This document shows positions 32,437 to 43,546 of a stretch of DNA of 64,000 nt, one piece after another. The position numbers and the translations under genes are program-made. The DNA comes from Rebecca billardiae RCC1528 (lineage: Eukaryota > Protista > Haptophyta), in NCBI GenBank assembly GCA_965240325.2, contig OZ251232.1, positions 186,001 to 250,000 on the forward strand, written 5' to 3'. Positions within the stretch are counted from its first letter, which is position 1. Each line of letters starts with the position of its first letter. The notes beneath the pieces were generated by a model. The model saw only the letters and a list, made by a program, of their open reading frames with translations. It was not told the origin of the DNA and did no database searches.

Positions 32437-33983
32437 TATGGCGGGCCGTAGGTCCGCCCCTTGTAGTGCCCGGGAAAAAGATAAGAAAAAGAAAAAGGAA
32501 AAAGAAAATCGCCTCGCAGAGAAAAGAAAATCGTCGCCGCTTCGCTCACTACCGGGCGCCCTCGCAGCTCCCACTGGGGACGCTCGGCTGAAAACCATCT
32601 TGGCCATGGCGCGGAGCGCATGGGCGGCGCGCGCCGAATCCAACGCCGGCGCGGACATCGCGCGAGGATTCCCGAGACGTGTTTTCGCCCGATTCGCGAT
32701 TGCTGCCCTCGTCGTCTCGCGTGCAGGTCGAACGGGGGCTGAATCGACGCGTTTGGAGCGGTACGCTCGGCGCGTCGACACGATCGTGCGACCTGGGGCG
32801 ATCCTCGCCCGACGTGCACGTCGAAAGCTCGCACCGGCCATAGCATCATGCGCTGCGCACGATGGCCGCCTCGCGCGATCCACCGTCGCGCGTCGGGCTC
32901 GGTGCGGAAACGCATTCATCACGAGGCGTCTCGCGGGCGGGAAGCGCCATCGCACGCGACGCAAGCTTTGGCGCGGCCTTCTGAACTCGATCGCCGGAAT
33001 CCACACACCGGACTGTCGCGTGCCCCGGTTGGCAAGGTCGGGCGCATGCAAATCCGTTTGCTACGATCGGTGGTTTTCCAGAGCGAGCGATCATCTTTCA
33101 CGCTCGCGAGCTCGCGACCAAAGATCGCTCGGCGCCTGAGGGCCCACGTCCAGCCTGCATGGCGTCGACGGTGGCCAGTGCGACGGAGGCGCAGCGCGAA
33201 GCGGCGTACGAGGCGCACCGCACGCACCTGCCGGTTCTGCCGCCGTGGCCGGAATCGCGTCTTCGCGAGTCGGCGACTGAGGCGACAGCGCGCTATAACC
33301 GATCTCGCGCGTGCAAGATCGCCGCACCATCCTTGTCCATGGCACGGTCGCTGCGGGACGAGGCCAACGTCGTGAAGCCAGTGGCGCATGCGCTGCGCTT
33401 CCTGTGCCTGCTCGAACAGCGCGTGCCCACCCTCGATCGCGAGTGGCACACGCTCTCGCACTGCGCGCGCGCGCACCACCGAGAGCTCCTGATACCGCCG
33501 AACGTGCGAGTGCCGGACCTGTCGCGCGGAGCGGCGAGCGCCGACGAGCGCTTGGACCTGGACGCGCTGTTGCGCAGCGTGGTGGCCGTGCACGACGCCG
33601 ACGCGACCTTCGCCGAGCCCATCGTGCCGGCGGAGCGGACATTGGCATCCTCGCGACACACGATCTCAGCTGGCAGCACGAGGAGATGCTCACAATCTCC
33701 TCTGGCGGATTCGTCGGCGGCGAGGCGCTCGACTACGTCATCGCGGTCGAGATGCGGCACATGCAGCGCGTACGCACACTGTCGGTGAGCTCGCACCAGA
33801 GTCATCTGTCGCGTTATTATTCGTCAGTGAGTCAGGTAGCTCACCATCATCTACGTGTGTCGCATTGTTATTCGTCATCCTGCCCGTCAAACCGCTAAAT
33901 AAAAGACGCGAACCCGCTGGGGAAATATTGCGACAGCACTGGCACGGCCCGCCGACCCCCCCCCGCCCGCCAGGGCAGAGTTT
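32437..33983 (+). mobile_element. Asymmetric-IR element family 2, internally deleted copy
   Basis: Colinear with 35752-37878 but lacks about 37141-37665. 5' GGCGGGCCGT (32440-32449) is inverted subterminally at 33944-33953; ends ...GCCCGCCAGGGCAGAGTTT. Confidence 0.85.
33159..33788 (+). pseudogene. Frameshifted, truncated copy of the family-2 Ulp1-like ORF
   Basis: Near-identical to 36496-37140; the frame shifts near 33630 and the protease core is deleted. Confidence 0.75.
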
Positions 33984-34290
33984 ATATATATACGCAATTT
34001 TGAAGGTGTCGAATAATAATGGGACGCCGCTGCTACACCCGCGCGCTCTTTTCTACGACTCATATGAATTAAGAAGGCGGCTTGTTCACTACAGATTGAT
34101 TGATTGTACTACTGGTGGAACGAGCACTTGTGGGCCGCGCCCGGAACTCCGGCTGCGCAAAGCTTCTAGAGTTCTGTATCAAGGTCCACCAAAAAGGGCA
34201 GTGGAGGGTGGGCGACAAGGCGCCCCCTGTGCCAGCTGCCCCCTTCGCAAAAAGCTCAACCCCCGCTCTCCGCGCGGGTCTTGGGCCGTG

Positions 34291-35418
34291 ATGTCCGAGC
34301 GCGCGACGAAGGCGATGTGCTGCTCGGCTGATCGCGGCGTCCTCGACGCGTGCAACGACTCGACCTCCTCCCCTGGCCGCAAGCGTCGGCTCTCGGGCAG
34401 CTGCGGCTCGCCGGCTGCCGAGCAGTTTGACGTGGGCGCTGTCACGCAGAGCCTCGTGCACGAGCTGCGGCAGGAGAACCCGTCGCTGCCGGGCGCGTGC
34501 ATCGTCAACGACGATCTCGCGCGCGCGTTCGTCGAGCGCTACGCGCGCATGGTCTCCGAGCTCGGCGTCGAGCGCGCGCAGCCGCGCGTCGTCTTTCACG
34601 GCACGGCGCGCTCCAACTTCCGAGCGATCATCGCGGGCAACCTGAGGGTGCCCGACGGCGATAAGGTGATGAGCGTGAGCGGGCGGAGCACGTACGGCCT
34701 CGGAATATACGTCTCCACCTCCTTCGACCTCGCGCTCATGTACGGGCGCAAGCACGCGGCCGGGCACGGCCGCTCGGAGCTCCCGACCGACGCCAGCGGC
34801 GGCCCGCCGGTCGTGTTCGTCTGCCTCTCGCTCCCCGGGCGGCAGCACGTGTCGGCGCCGCCCGCCGACACGGCGTGCCGTGAGGTGCGCCCCGGCTTCG
34901 ACTCGCACGTCTCCGCCGACCGCGGAGGCCAGATCTCCGTCTACTTCGACTCGTCGCAGCTGCTGCCGTGCTTCCTCTCGGAGAGGGGCACGCTCGTGTG
35001 CGCGCAGGAGGCGGCGGTGCGCGCGGTCAACGTGCTGCACAAGGCGACGCATCACATGCAGGGCGGCCAGTGTAGCAGCGCCGCCGCGGGCGACGTCGAC
35101 TCGACCACCACGGCGGACGGCGTCGCGCAGGTGCTCGCGGACACGGGCGAGACGGGCGAGCCGTCGGCCGCGGCGCGCATCGCGCGCGCCGCCGAGCCCG
35201 ACACTAAGAGCGTGCAGCGCTTTGGCGGCGGCGGGCGCGGCCCGGCGACGACGCGAACGCGAGGCGGCGGGATCGCCGCCAGCGCGCCCGACGCCGACGA
35301 CGCGTCCGCGCCCCCGCCGCCCCAGCCGAGCGCGGCGCCGAACCCGCCCCGCCCGCCGTCGATGATGTTTGCGACCGCGGATTGGGACGGCGTCGCCAAG
35401 CGCGTGCGGTACAGCTGA
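34291..35418 (+). CDS. PARP-catalytic-like (ART) domain protein, probably mono-ART or inactive
   Basis: VFHGT, YGLGIYVS...ALMY, VFVC, PGFDSH, VYFDSSQLLPCF. The H and Y of the H-Y-E triad are present; no Glu at the expected third position (GGQISVY). Confidence 0.75.
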   Translation: MSERATKAMCCSADRGVLDACNDSTSSPGRKRRLSGSCGSPAAEQFDVGAVTQSLVHELRQENPSLPGACIVNDDLARAFVERYARMVSELGVERAQPRVVFHGTARSNFRAIIAGNLRVPDGDKVMSVSGRSTYGLGIYVSTSFDLALMYGRKHAAGHGRSELPTDASGGPPVVFVCLSLPGRQHVSAPPADTACREVRPGFDSHVSADRGGQISVYFDSSQLLPCFLSERGTLVCAQEAAVRAVNVLHKATHHMQGGQCSSAAAGDVDSTTTADGVAQVLADTGETGEPSAAARIARAAEPDTKSVQRFGGGGRGPATTRTRGGGIAASAPDADDASAPPPPQPSAAPNPPRPPSMMFATADWDGVAKRVRYS

Positions 35419-35751
35419 ACGGCGCTCGGCTGCTCCGCGCTGGCTTTGGTGGGCGTTGCTTGCTGCCGCCCGGTGCACGGGCCTGCTCGCTCGTGGCCGG
35501 TGCGACGGCTGCCTCGCCCACCGTGGCCGCCATTAGACGGGGTGACTGTTCCACCGGCTGTGGGCTGTGGCCCATGGCTCGGAGTGCTCCGCGCACTTTC
35601 ACGCAGTGTCGTACCGGCACGGGTTGGCGGCGACGGCGGCGATCCGCACATGTCGATGCCGCGTCAGGCGGTATCAGGCGTGTCACGTCGCCGTGATCGG
35701 CCGCTGCTTGGCCATCATGCGGTCCGTGGTCCGACACGGCCGTGGATAGAG

Positions 35752-37878
35752 TATGGCGGGCCGTAGGTCCGCCCCTTGTAGTGCCCGGGAAAAAGATAAG
35801 AAAAAGAAAAGAAAAAAGAAAATCGCCTCACAGAGAAAAGAAAATCGCCTCGCTCACTGCCAGGTCGCTTCGCTCACTACCGGGCGCCCTCGCAGCTCCC
35901 ACTGGGGACGCTCGGCCGAAAACCATCTGCGGCCTGGCGCGGAGCGCGTGGGCGGCGCGCGCCAAATCCAACGCCAGCGCGGACATCGTGAGAGGACTCC
36001 CGAGACGTGTTTTCGCCCGATTCGCGATTGCTGCCCTCGTCGTCTCGCGTGCAGGTCGAACGGGGGCTAAATCGACGCGTTGGAGCGGTACGCTCGGCGC
36101 GTCGACACGATCGTGCGACCTGGGGCGATCCTCGCCCGACGTGCACGTCGAGCGCTCGCACGGGCCATAGCATCATGCGCTGCGCAAGACAACCACCTCG
36201 CACGATCCACCGTCGCGCGTCGGGCTCGGTGCGGAAACGCATTCATCACGAGGCGTCTCGCGGGCGGGAAGCGCCATCGCACGCGACGCAAGCTTTGGCG
36301 CGGCCTTCTGAACACCATAACCGGAATGCACACACCGGACTGTCGTCGCGTGACCCGGTTGGCAAGGTCGGGCGCATGCAAATCCGTTTGCTACGGTCGG
36401 TGGTGTTCCAGAGCGAGCGATCATCTTTCATCTTTCACGCTCGCGAGCTCGCGGCCAAGGATCGCTTGGCGCTCGAGGACCCACGTCCGGCCTGCATGGC
36501 GTCGACGGTGGCCAATGCGACGGAGGGGCAGCGCGAAGCGGCGTACGACGCGCACCGCACGCACCTGCCGGGTCTGCCGCCGTGGCAGGAACCGCGTCTT
36601 CGCGAGTCGGCGACTGAGGCGACAGCGCGCTATCACCGATCCCAGGGGCGCATTCGCGACGAGCTGAAACGTCGCGCGTGCAAGATCGCCGCACCATCCT
36701 TGCCCATGGCACGGGCGCTGCGGGACGAGGCCGACGTCGTGAAGCCAGTGGCACATGCGCTGCGCTTCGTGTGCCTGCTCGAGCAGCGCGTGCCCACCGT
36801 CGATCGCGAGTGGCACACGCTCTCGCACTGCGCGCGCGTACACCGCCAACAGCTCCTGATACCGCCGCACGTGCGAGTGCCGGACCTGTCGCGCGGAGCG
36901 GCGAGCGCCGACGAGCGCTTGGACCTGGACGCGCTGTTGCGCAGCGTGGCGGCCGTGCACGACGCCGACGCGACCTTCGCCGAGCCCATCGTGCCCGGAG
37001 CGGACATTGGCATCCTGGCGACACACGATCTCAGCTGGCGACACGAGGAGATGCTCACGATCTCCTCTGGCGGATTCGTCGGCGGCGAGGCGCTCGACTA
37101 CGTCATCGCGGTCGAGATGCGGCACATGCGGCGCGTACGCGAGCTCGCGCGAAGCCACGGGCTGCCCGTCCCGCCCCGCGTGCTGCACGTTCCCTCGTGG
37201 GTGTGGACCTTGCTCATGGGCGCGGGCGTGTACGCGTGGGAGAAGGTGGCCGACATCTTTGCGCTCTTCGACCTGAACGAGTACGACGTGCTCTCCTTCA
37301 TCATCAACCAGGACGGCAACCACTGGGCGCAGGGGGTCGTCGACTTGCGGCGCGAGATCATCGAGTACCGCGAGCCCCTGGGCGGAGGCGACATGATCGG
37401 CTTCGTTTCGAACGTGCAGCTGCTGCTCGCCGACGCGCAAGAGACAGAGAGACAGAAATCGGTAGGATGCACTGAACATCACACTCCGGCCGCCACAACT
37501 TGAACTGTTTTCGTGTTTAGCTCCAAGGACAAACCGTCACCGTCAGGCGCACACGGGCACGCCGCCGTCGCACGCCAATCAGTTGGCAGTGCGTGCGCGC
37601 AGTCGCCAAGGCTCGGCACGATGACGAGTAGCATCACAGTGGGTGCAGGAATACACGCGCAATCACACTGTCGCTGAGCTCGCACCAGAGTCATCTGTCG
37701 CGTTATTATTCGTCAGTGAGTCGGGTAGCTCACAATCATCTCGGTATGATGTCGCATTGTTATTCGTAGTCATCCTGCCCGTCAAACCGCTATAAATAAA
37801 AGGCGCGAACCCGCTGGGGAAATATTGCGACAGCACTGGCACGGCCCGCCGACCCCCCCGCCCGCCAGGGCTGAGTTT
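35752..37878 (+). mobile_element. Asymmetric-IR element family 2, longer copy carrying a Ulp1-like ORF
   Basis: Same 5' and 3' termini as 32437-33983 and same 5' end as 1-224. Confidence 0.85.
36496..37503 (+). CDS. Ulp1/SENP-like (peptidase C48) protein, C-terminally incomplete, transposon-borne
   Basis: GGFVGGEALDYVI resembles the WLNDEVIN region; VLSFIINQDGNHWAQGVVDLRREIIEYREPL resembles the C48 P[IV]xxxxHW...[IV]D...YDS[LM] motif. No QxNxxDCG catalytic Cys motif is seen. Confidence 0.6.
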   Translation: MASTVANATEGQREAAYDAHRTHLPGLPPWQEPRLRESATEATARYHRSQGRIRDELKRRACKIAAPSLPMARALRDEADVVKPVAHALRFVCLLEQRVPTVDREWHTLSHCARVHRQQLLIPPHVRVPDLSRGAASADERLDLDALLRSVAAVHDADATFAEPIVPGADIGILATHDLSWRHEEMLTISSGGFVGGEALDYVIAVEMRHMRRVRELARSHGLPVPPRVLHVPSWVWTLLMGAGVYAWEKVADIFALFDLNEYDVLSFIINQDGNHWAQGVVDLRREIIEYREPLGGGDMIGFVSNVQLLLADAQETERQKSVGCTEHHTPAATT

Positions 37879-38067
37879 TAGAGATTGCGGTGCTGAGTCG
37901 GCGTCATCGATTAGTGAAAACAAATAATGCGCCGCCAATCGTGAAGCCACCCGGACCGGTGCACCCTGGTGAGCAGCCGGGGCGGGAAGGGTCGAAGGGA
38001 CGGTCCCAGGCCGGCACGCGGGGCGATGGCGGCGCCGGCGTGATCGAGCAGCACCAAGGCAAAAGGG

Positions 38068-41000
38068 ATGCACCGATCGTCCCTCGACCGGCTGAGCCGC
38101 GACGGCGGCGGCGGCGGCGGCGCGGGCGACGGCAAGGTGGAGTTCCTCGACCAGCACAGCGCCCCCGGCCAGGTCCTGCTGCACGTCGTCGCGCGCGGCA
38201 ACGCGGTGATCGCCGAGCTCTTCAGGCTCGCCGAGCACATCCCGCCCGTCTTCGCGTCGCCCGCGTCCGCGGGCGGGCGGTACGCCGAGGTGCTGCCCGA
38301 CTTCCGGTACCTGCGCTCGCCCGAGGCGCACGAGCGGCGCATCGAGTCGCCCGAGCTGCTCGAGCTCGACGCGGACGTGTGGGAGGTGCACGGCACGATC
38401 CTCGAGCGCTTCTACCGGCTGTTCGAGTCCGTGTACGCGTACCTGCGCGACGTGTCGCAGTTCGTCGCGGAGCTCGAGGCGGGCGCGTACCTGCAGCACA
38501 GCGCGGAGACGGTGCTGCAGGACCACGACGGCAAGCAGCTCCTCTGCGAGGCCTTCTACCTGTTCGGCGCCGTGCTGCTGCTGCTCGACCAGCGCATCGA
38601 CGGCGCCGCGCGCGAGCGCATGGTCGTGTCCTTCTACCGGCACCGCGGCGCGTCGACGATCCAGAACGTGGACGACGTGGTGACGCTGACGCGCGCGACC
38701 GGCTTCTCCCCCGCCGCGCTCGACAAGAGCGGCGCGCCCAAGCGCCCCGCGGGCTACCCCGAGGACTTCTTCGCGCGGATGCTCTCGCGGTTTGGCACGC
38801 CGCTCGGCCCGATCGAGCTGGCGGTCACGCGGCTGCGCTCCGACGACGTGTACGGCCACACGGCGGAGTACCCGCTGCCGGCGCACCGCTCGACGGCGCT
38901 CTCGACGCAGGCGCGCATGCTCTACGTGATCCTCTACTTCGTCCCGCGCCTGCTGCACGACGAGCCCGCGTCGATGCGCGAGATCGTCGACCGCCACTTC
39001 AGCGACAACTGGGTGAGCACGCTCTACATGGGCATCACCGTCGACCTGGCGGTGGCGTGGGAGCCGTACCGCGCGGCGCGCGCGGCGCTGGCGAACACGC
39101 TGGCGATGTCGAACGTGCGCGCGCAGCAGGCCGCGCAGCTCGGCGCGATGCGCGCGTGCGCCGCCCAGCTCGCGCACTACCTCACCGAGGGCGCGCTGAG
39201 TGAGGAGGTGGCGCTCGATTCTTCGCAGAAGATTCTCGGCCTCGTGCGCCAGTGCAACGTCAGCCTGCGCTGGCTGGTGCTGCACCAGTGCACGCGGCCG
39301 AGGAAGCTGCGCGAGGCGGTGCTCGCGGGCGGGCTCGAGCCCGACGACGTCCTCGCCTTCCTCATGGACACCGCGCAGCTCGAGTTCGCCGTGAAGAGCC
39401 GGTACGAGGCGCTGCTCTCCGGCCGCACCGAGCGGTTCGGCGCCTCGCGCGCCCGGTGCGTGCGCTCGCTCGACGCGCTCGCTGTCTGCTTCGCGAGCGC
39501 GGAGAGCGCGGCGGCGGCCGGCGCGGCGGAGGGCGCGAGCGCGGCGCGCTCCGACGGCAACCTCTCCGGCTGGTTCCACACGCTCGCCCGCGCGGTCGAC
39601 GAGCTCGACGTGGGCGCGCGCGCGCTGTCCGCGCGCCGGCTGCAGGCCCTCTCTCGCGCGCTCGAGGAGGTGGAGGCGTACGAGCAGCTCGCAGAGTCGC
39701 TGCAGCTGCTGCGCGCGCTGGGCGAGGCGCGGCGCGAGCTCGCGGCGATGCTGCGCGTGGTCAACGCGGACGACGGCGTGCTCGTCACGCTCGCGCTCGT
39801 CAGCGACATGTCGTACGCCTTCGACGTGCGCGCGCGCGCGCGCGCCTCTCCCGCGCCCCCAGCGCGCCGGCGCGCGTGCCCGCCCGCGCGCGCGCGCGCG
39901 CTCGGCGGCGCGCGCTCGCGGCAAGGCGCAGCGTGCGCTGCGCGCTGCGATGGGGTCGGTCTCGGGCGGGTGTTCGGGTCTGTCGACACGTGTCGCCGTG
40001 CCACGCGCTCGCGCCGGCTGCCCGCCCCGTGCCGTCCCGCCCCTCGCCCTCACGCTCCCGCCCCGCCCTGCGTCCGTGCTCTGCCTCCGCGCGCCCGCGC
40101 CCGCGCCGCCCGTCGCCGCCCGCCCGCGTGCCGCGCGCGCCGCGCTGGCCGGCGGCACGCCGGCGCCGGCGTGGGCCGAGCGCAGGCGATCGCGAAGTAC
40201 ATCCCGCTGATGCACGCGCGCATGCGCAGCGACCCGTTCTGCGTGCTCAAGCTGCGCGCCACCTTCCTCAAGCTCGTGAGCGTCGTCGAGCTCCCGGCCG
40301 TGCGCATCACGCAGGCGGAGTCGGACGACCTCGTGTCCGTCTCGCAGTTCTACTCGACGCAGCTCGTGCGCTTCGTCAGGCGCGTGCTGCAGGTGATCCC
40401 CGAGTCGGTGCTGGCGGTGCTGGCGGAGGTGGTGGCGCTGCGCACCAGCCGGCTCAAGGAGCTCCCGCTGCGCCTGCCCTGGGCCGAGCTGCGCGAGTGG
40501 GAGCAGCCGGACGTGCGGTACGCGCTCGCGCGCGCCACGCACCGCATCGCCGTGCTGGCCGAGGGCGTGCTCTCGATGCAGACCACGCTGCTCGGCATCG
40601 CGCAGCTCGACCCGGCGGCCATGCTGACGGCGGGGCTGCGGCGCGAGCTGGTCGGCGCGGTGGCGCGCGCGCTGCACGAGGGGCTCTGCTTCGGCAAGGA
40701 GCTGCACCGCACGCTGCGCGCGGGCGAGCTCGAGGGCGCGCTCGAGGCGCTGAGCGCCAAGCTGAGCGGCTTCCGCTCCGCCCTCGAGTACGTGGCCGAC
40801 TACGTGCGCGTGCTGCCCGTGCGGCTGTGGGCGCACGACTTCGCGCGCGTGATCGGGCACGCGGTGGAGCGGGAGGCGAGCGCGTACCTGCCGCGCGCGC
40901 GCGCGCTCGAGCGCCCCTCGCGCTACCAGACCGACGACGTGCCTATCCCGACCTTCCCGCCGCCGCCCTCTGACGACTCGGACGCGCTCACGTTTGTCGG

Positions 41001-42299
41001 GCGCGCGGCGCACGCGCTGCTCGTGCTCAGCGACGCGCGCCGCTCGACGTACGTGGCCGCGCGCTCGGCGTGGGTCGAGCCGGGCGGCGGCGGCGCCGCG
41101 CTGATCGACCTGCGCACGTGGCACTGCCTCGCGCGCGCCCTCGGCCGCGTCGGCCTCGTCGGCATCGCTCACGTCCTCTCCCTCCGTGTCGTCGCCACGC
41201 TGCGCGCGCTCGTCGCGGACGCGCGCGCCGTCCTCGCCGAGCGCGACGGCGCCAACCTGCTGCGCTCGCTCGCGCACGCGCTGCAGCCGCTGGACGGCAC
41301 GCGCGAGGGCGTGCCGAAGCAGCTGGCCGACGCGGCGGCGCGGCTGGCCAAGCTCTGGCCCAAGCTCGTCGACGCCTTGCAGCGCATCGGCTGCGCGCAG
41401 CTGCTGCTCGTACAGATCGGGCGCGAGGTGAGCGCGCGCGCCCCGCACGCCGCGCACGCCGCGCGCACCGCGCGCGCCGCGCATGCCGTGCATGCCGCGC
41501 GCACCGCGCGCACCGCACCGCCGCGGGCCCGAGCACGCCGCGTCTCGTGCCACGCGCGCGTCGACGCGCGCCGCCGCGCGGCGTGCACCCGCGCCAACCA
41601 CCGCCCGCCCGCCCGGCCCGCCCGCGCGCGCGCCGTCCGCGCGGACACCCACCCGCGCTCTGCCCGCAGCTGAGCCACCGCGCGCAGCTCGAGTCGAGCA
41701 CGCTCGCGAGCGCGGTCGGCCGGCTCGACGCCGCGGCGCTCGCGGACGCGCGCGCGTTCGCCGAGGACCCGCCCTCGCACGCCGACCCGTGCGCGCACCC
41801 GACGCTGCTGCGCGAGCTGCGCGAGTACAGCCGCGCGATGGGCGCGCTCGAGCCTTTTGCCACGCTCTACGCCGCGAGCGGCGCGCTGCCCGAGCTGCCG
41901 CTGCTCGCGACCCTGTGCGTGCTGCACGCCGCGCCGCGGCTGCAGTACGACCGCGGGCTCGGCGAGCTCACGGCGCGCGCGCGCGCCGAGATGATTGACG
42001 GCCCGGCGCTGGCCGCGGGGGTCGCCACGCTCGTCCACCAGTTCCACGCCGCGCACGCGCGCGCGCTCGCCGCGCACCTCGGCCAGTACGTGCGCGCCGC
42101 GGTGCTGTGCGCGCCCGCGCGCGAGCTGAAGCCCGGCGCCGAGCTGCCGGCAGACGTGGCGCACACGGTGCTGCTGCTCGAGGTCATCGCGCGGCACGTG
42201 CAGCTCACCGACGCCGAGCTGTGCGCGTGCGTGCCGCCGTACGTCCTTGGCTGCGCGCGCGCCTCCGCCGAGGCGGCCGCGGCCGCGGCAGGTCGCTGA
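38068..42299 (+). CDS. WASHC5: WASH complex subunit strumpellin; exons 38068-39825, 40186-41427, 41670-42299
   Basis: GQVLLHVVARGNAVIAELFRLAEHIP; RLRSDDVY...YPLPAHRSTALSTQARMLYVILYF; MREIVDRHFSDNW; KLRATFLKL; SVSQFYS...VRRVLQVIP; IDG...GVATLVHQFH...GQYVR. Confidence 0.95.
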
Positions 42300-42374
42300 C
42301 GGAACGCGGAGCAAGCTCGGCCAAAGCAGGTCATCATCAACTACGTACTACTACTGCTGATGCGCGCGCTGTCC

Positions 42375-42472
42375 ATCTCTCTCTCGCTCTCTCGCTCTCT
42401 CTCCCCCCCCTCCTCTCTGCTCGACTCTACGACTGCTCTCTAGAGTCTCAGAGCTCTCTCTCTCTCTCTCTC
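42375..42472. repeat. (CT)n microsatellite tracts
   Basis: Direct inspection. Confidence 0.85.
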
Positions 42473-42609
42473 TGTCGATCGTCAGTGTAGTGCGCACGCG
42501 TGTATATATATATAGCCCGCGTATACTGACACTGTATAGCCTGTAGGCCGAGACACCCGCGCCTGCTCCATCGGCAGGGAGTCCGCGTGCGCCGACCCGC
42601 ACGCATGCG

Positions 42610-43389
42610 CTAGCCGCCAAATACTTTCGTGTAGCCACCCTCTGCAGCCGTTGGCAGGCCGCGCGCTCGGCAATTCTGTGCAAAGTCCGAATCAACCCTA
42701 GCACGAGAAAGGGTTGCTCCAGCAAAATCGGCGCCCTCCCATGACACGCCAGGAGTCGGTTGGCCGTCGTGATTGCGGTTGACGAGAAGCGTAGCGGACG
42801 ACAGGTCTGCGCCAGTGAAGCACGCCTTGGCCAGGGTCGTTCGTATGAAGAAGGTGCCGCGACACTGCGCGTTGGTGAGATTCGCACCAGAGAGATCGGC
42901 TTCGGAGAGATCCGCGCAGTCCAGCACGGCACCCCGCAGATCAGCAGCCACCAAGTTACAGCCTGCCATGCCCAGCCGGTTCAGGTCCACGCCGGCGAGG
43001 CGGGCTCCACGCAAGTTTGCGTTACACTTGTTTGCGAGAAGCATCACCACTTGGGAGCGTGTCAGGTCTGGTACCTGCAACGCAGGGGCGGGTTCCGCCG
43101 TCGTCACGCCGTAGTAGTCGAGCTCGGCATGGAGCGCTTGCCGGGCTCCAGCTGATTCGGGCTGGATCAAAGTGCCACTTCGCAGGAGGTTCAAGATGGT
43201 GGCAAAGTGCGTGCCGTCGCGGTCGATGAAGATGTAGCCGTCCTCGTCGCGATCAAGGTTGTGCGAGCCGGAGAGCATGCGCGAGAAGTACGTGTCCGGA
43301 TACTTTGTGAGAGTATCCCACGACGTCTCAAAGCGCGCACCGCCAACGTTGAGGCGCACGCGGGAGCCATGGTCTGGAGTGTTGCTCAT
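42610..43389 (-). CDS. BTB/POZ (KCTD-type) plus pentapeptide-repeat protein (KCTD9/FIP2-like)
   Basis: VRLNVGGARFETSWDTL...FIDRDGTHFATILNLLRSG...ELDYY, then A(D/N)Lxx pentapeptide repeats. Confidence 0.92.
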   Translation of the reverse strand: MSNTPDHGSRVRLNVGGARFETSWDTLTKYPDTYFSRMLSGSHNLDRDEDGYIFIDRDGTHFATILNLLRSGTLIQPESAGARQALHAELDYYGVTTAEPAPALQVPDLTRSQVVMLLANKCNANLRGARLAGVDLNRLGMAGCNLVAADLRGAVLDCADLSEADLSGANLTNAQCRGTFFIRTTLAKACFTGADLSSATLLVNRNHDGQPTPGVSWEGADFAGATLSRARVDSDFAQNCRARGLPTAAEGGYTKVFGG

Positions 43390-43546
43390 GGGGATCTTGC
43401 GGCTGCCGGCCGGGCGCGAGACGGCGAGATGTCCAACGGGTGCCTTTGCTCTGTCCAGCCACGACAGGGCCGGCTTGTGCGGAGAGCACTGGTTCCGGGA
43501 GCGGCGGAGCCTCAAGAACTGCCTTGTCCGGTTTGCGGCGGGCTCC

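Noticed and set aside
33865-34290. N-terminal extension of the ART ORF from 33865
   Set aside because: It runs through the transposon 3' end and AT-rich intergenic DNA; ATG 34291 is more plausible.
37663-41652. 1329-aa minus-strand ORF and similar long antisense ORFs (24670..27375, 27131..29776, 44820..47639)
   Set aside because: Shadow frames opposite real genes caused by extreme GC3; Arg/Ala-rich with no motifs.
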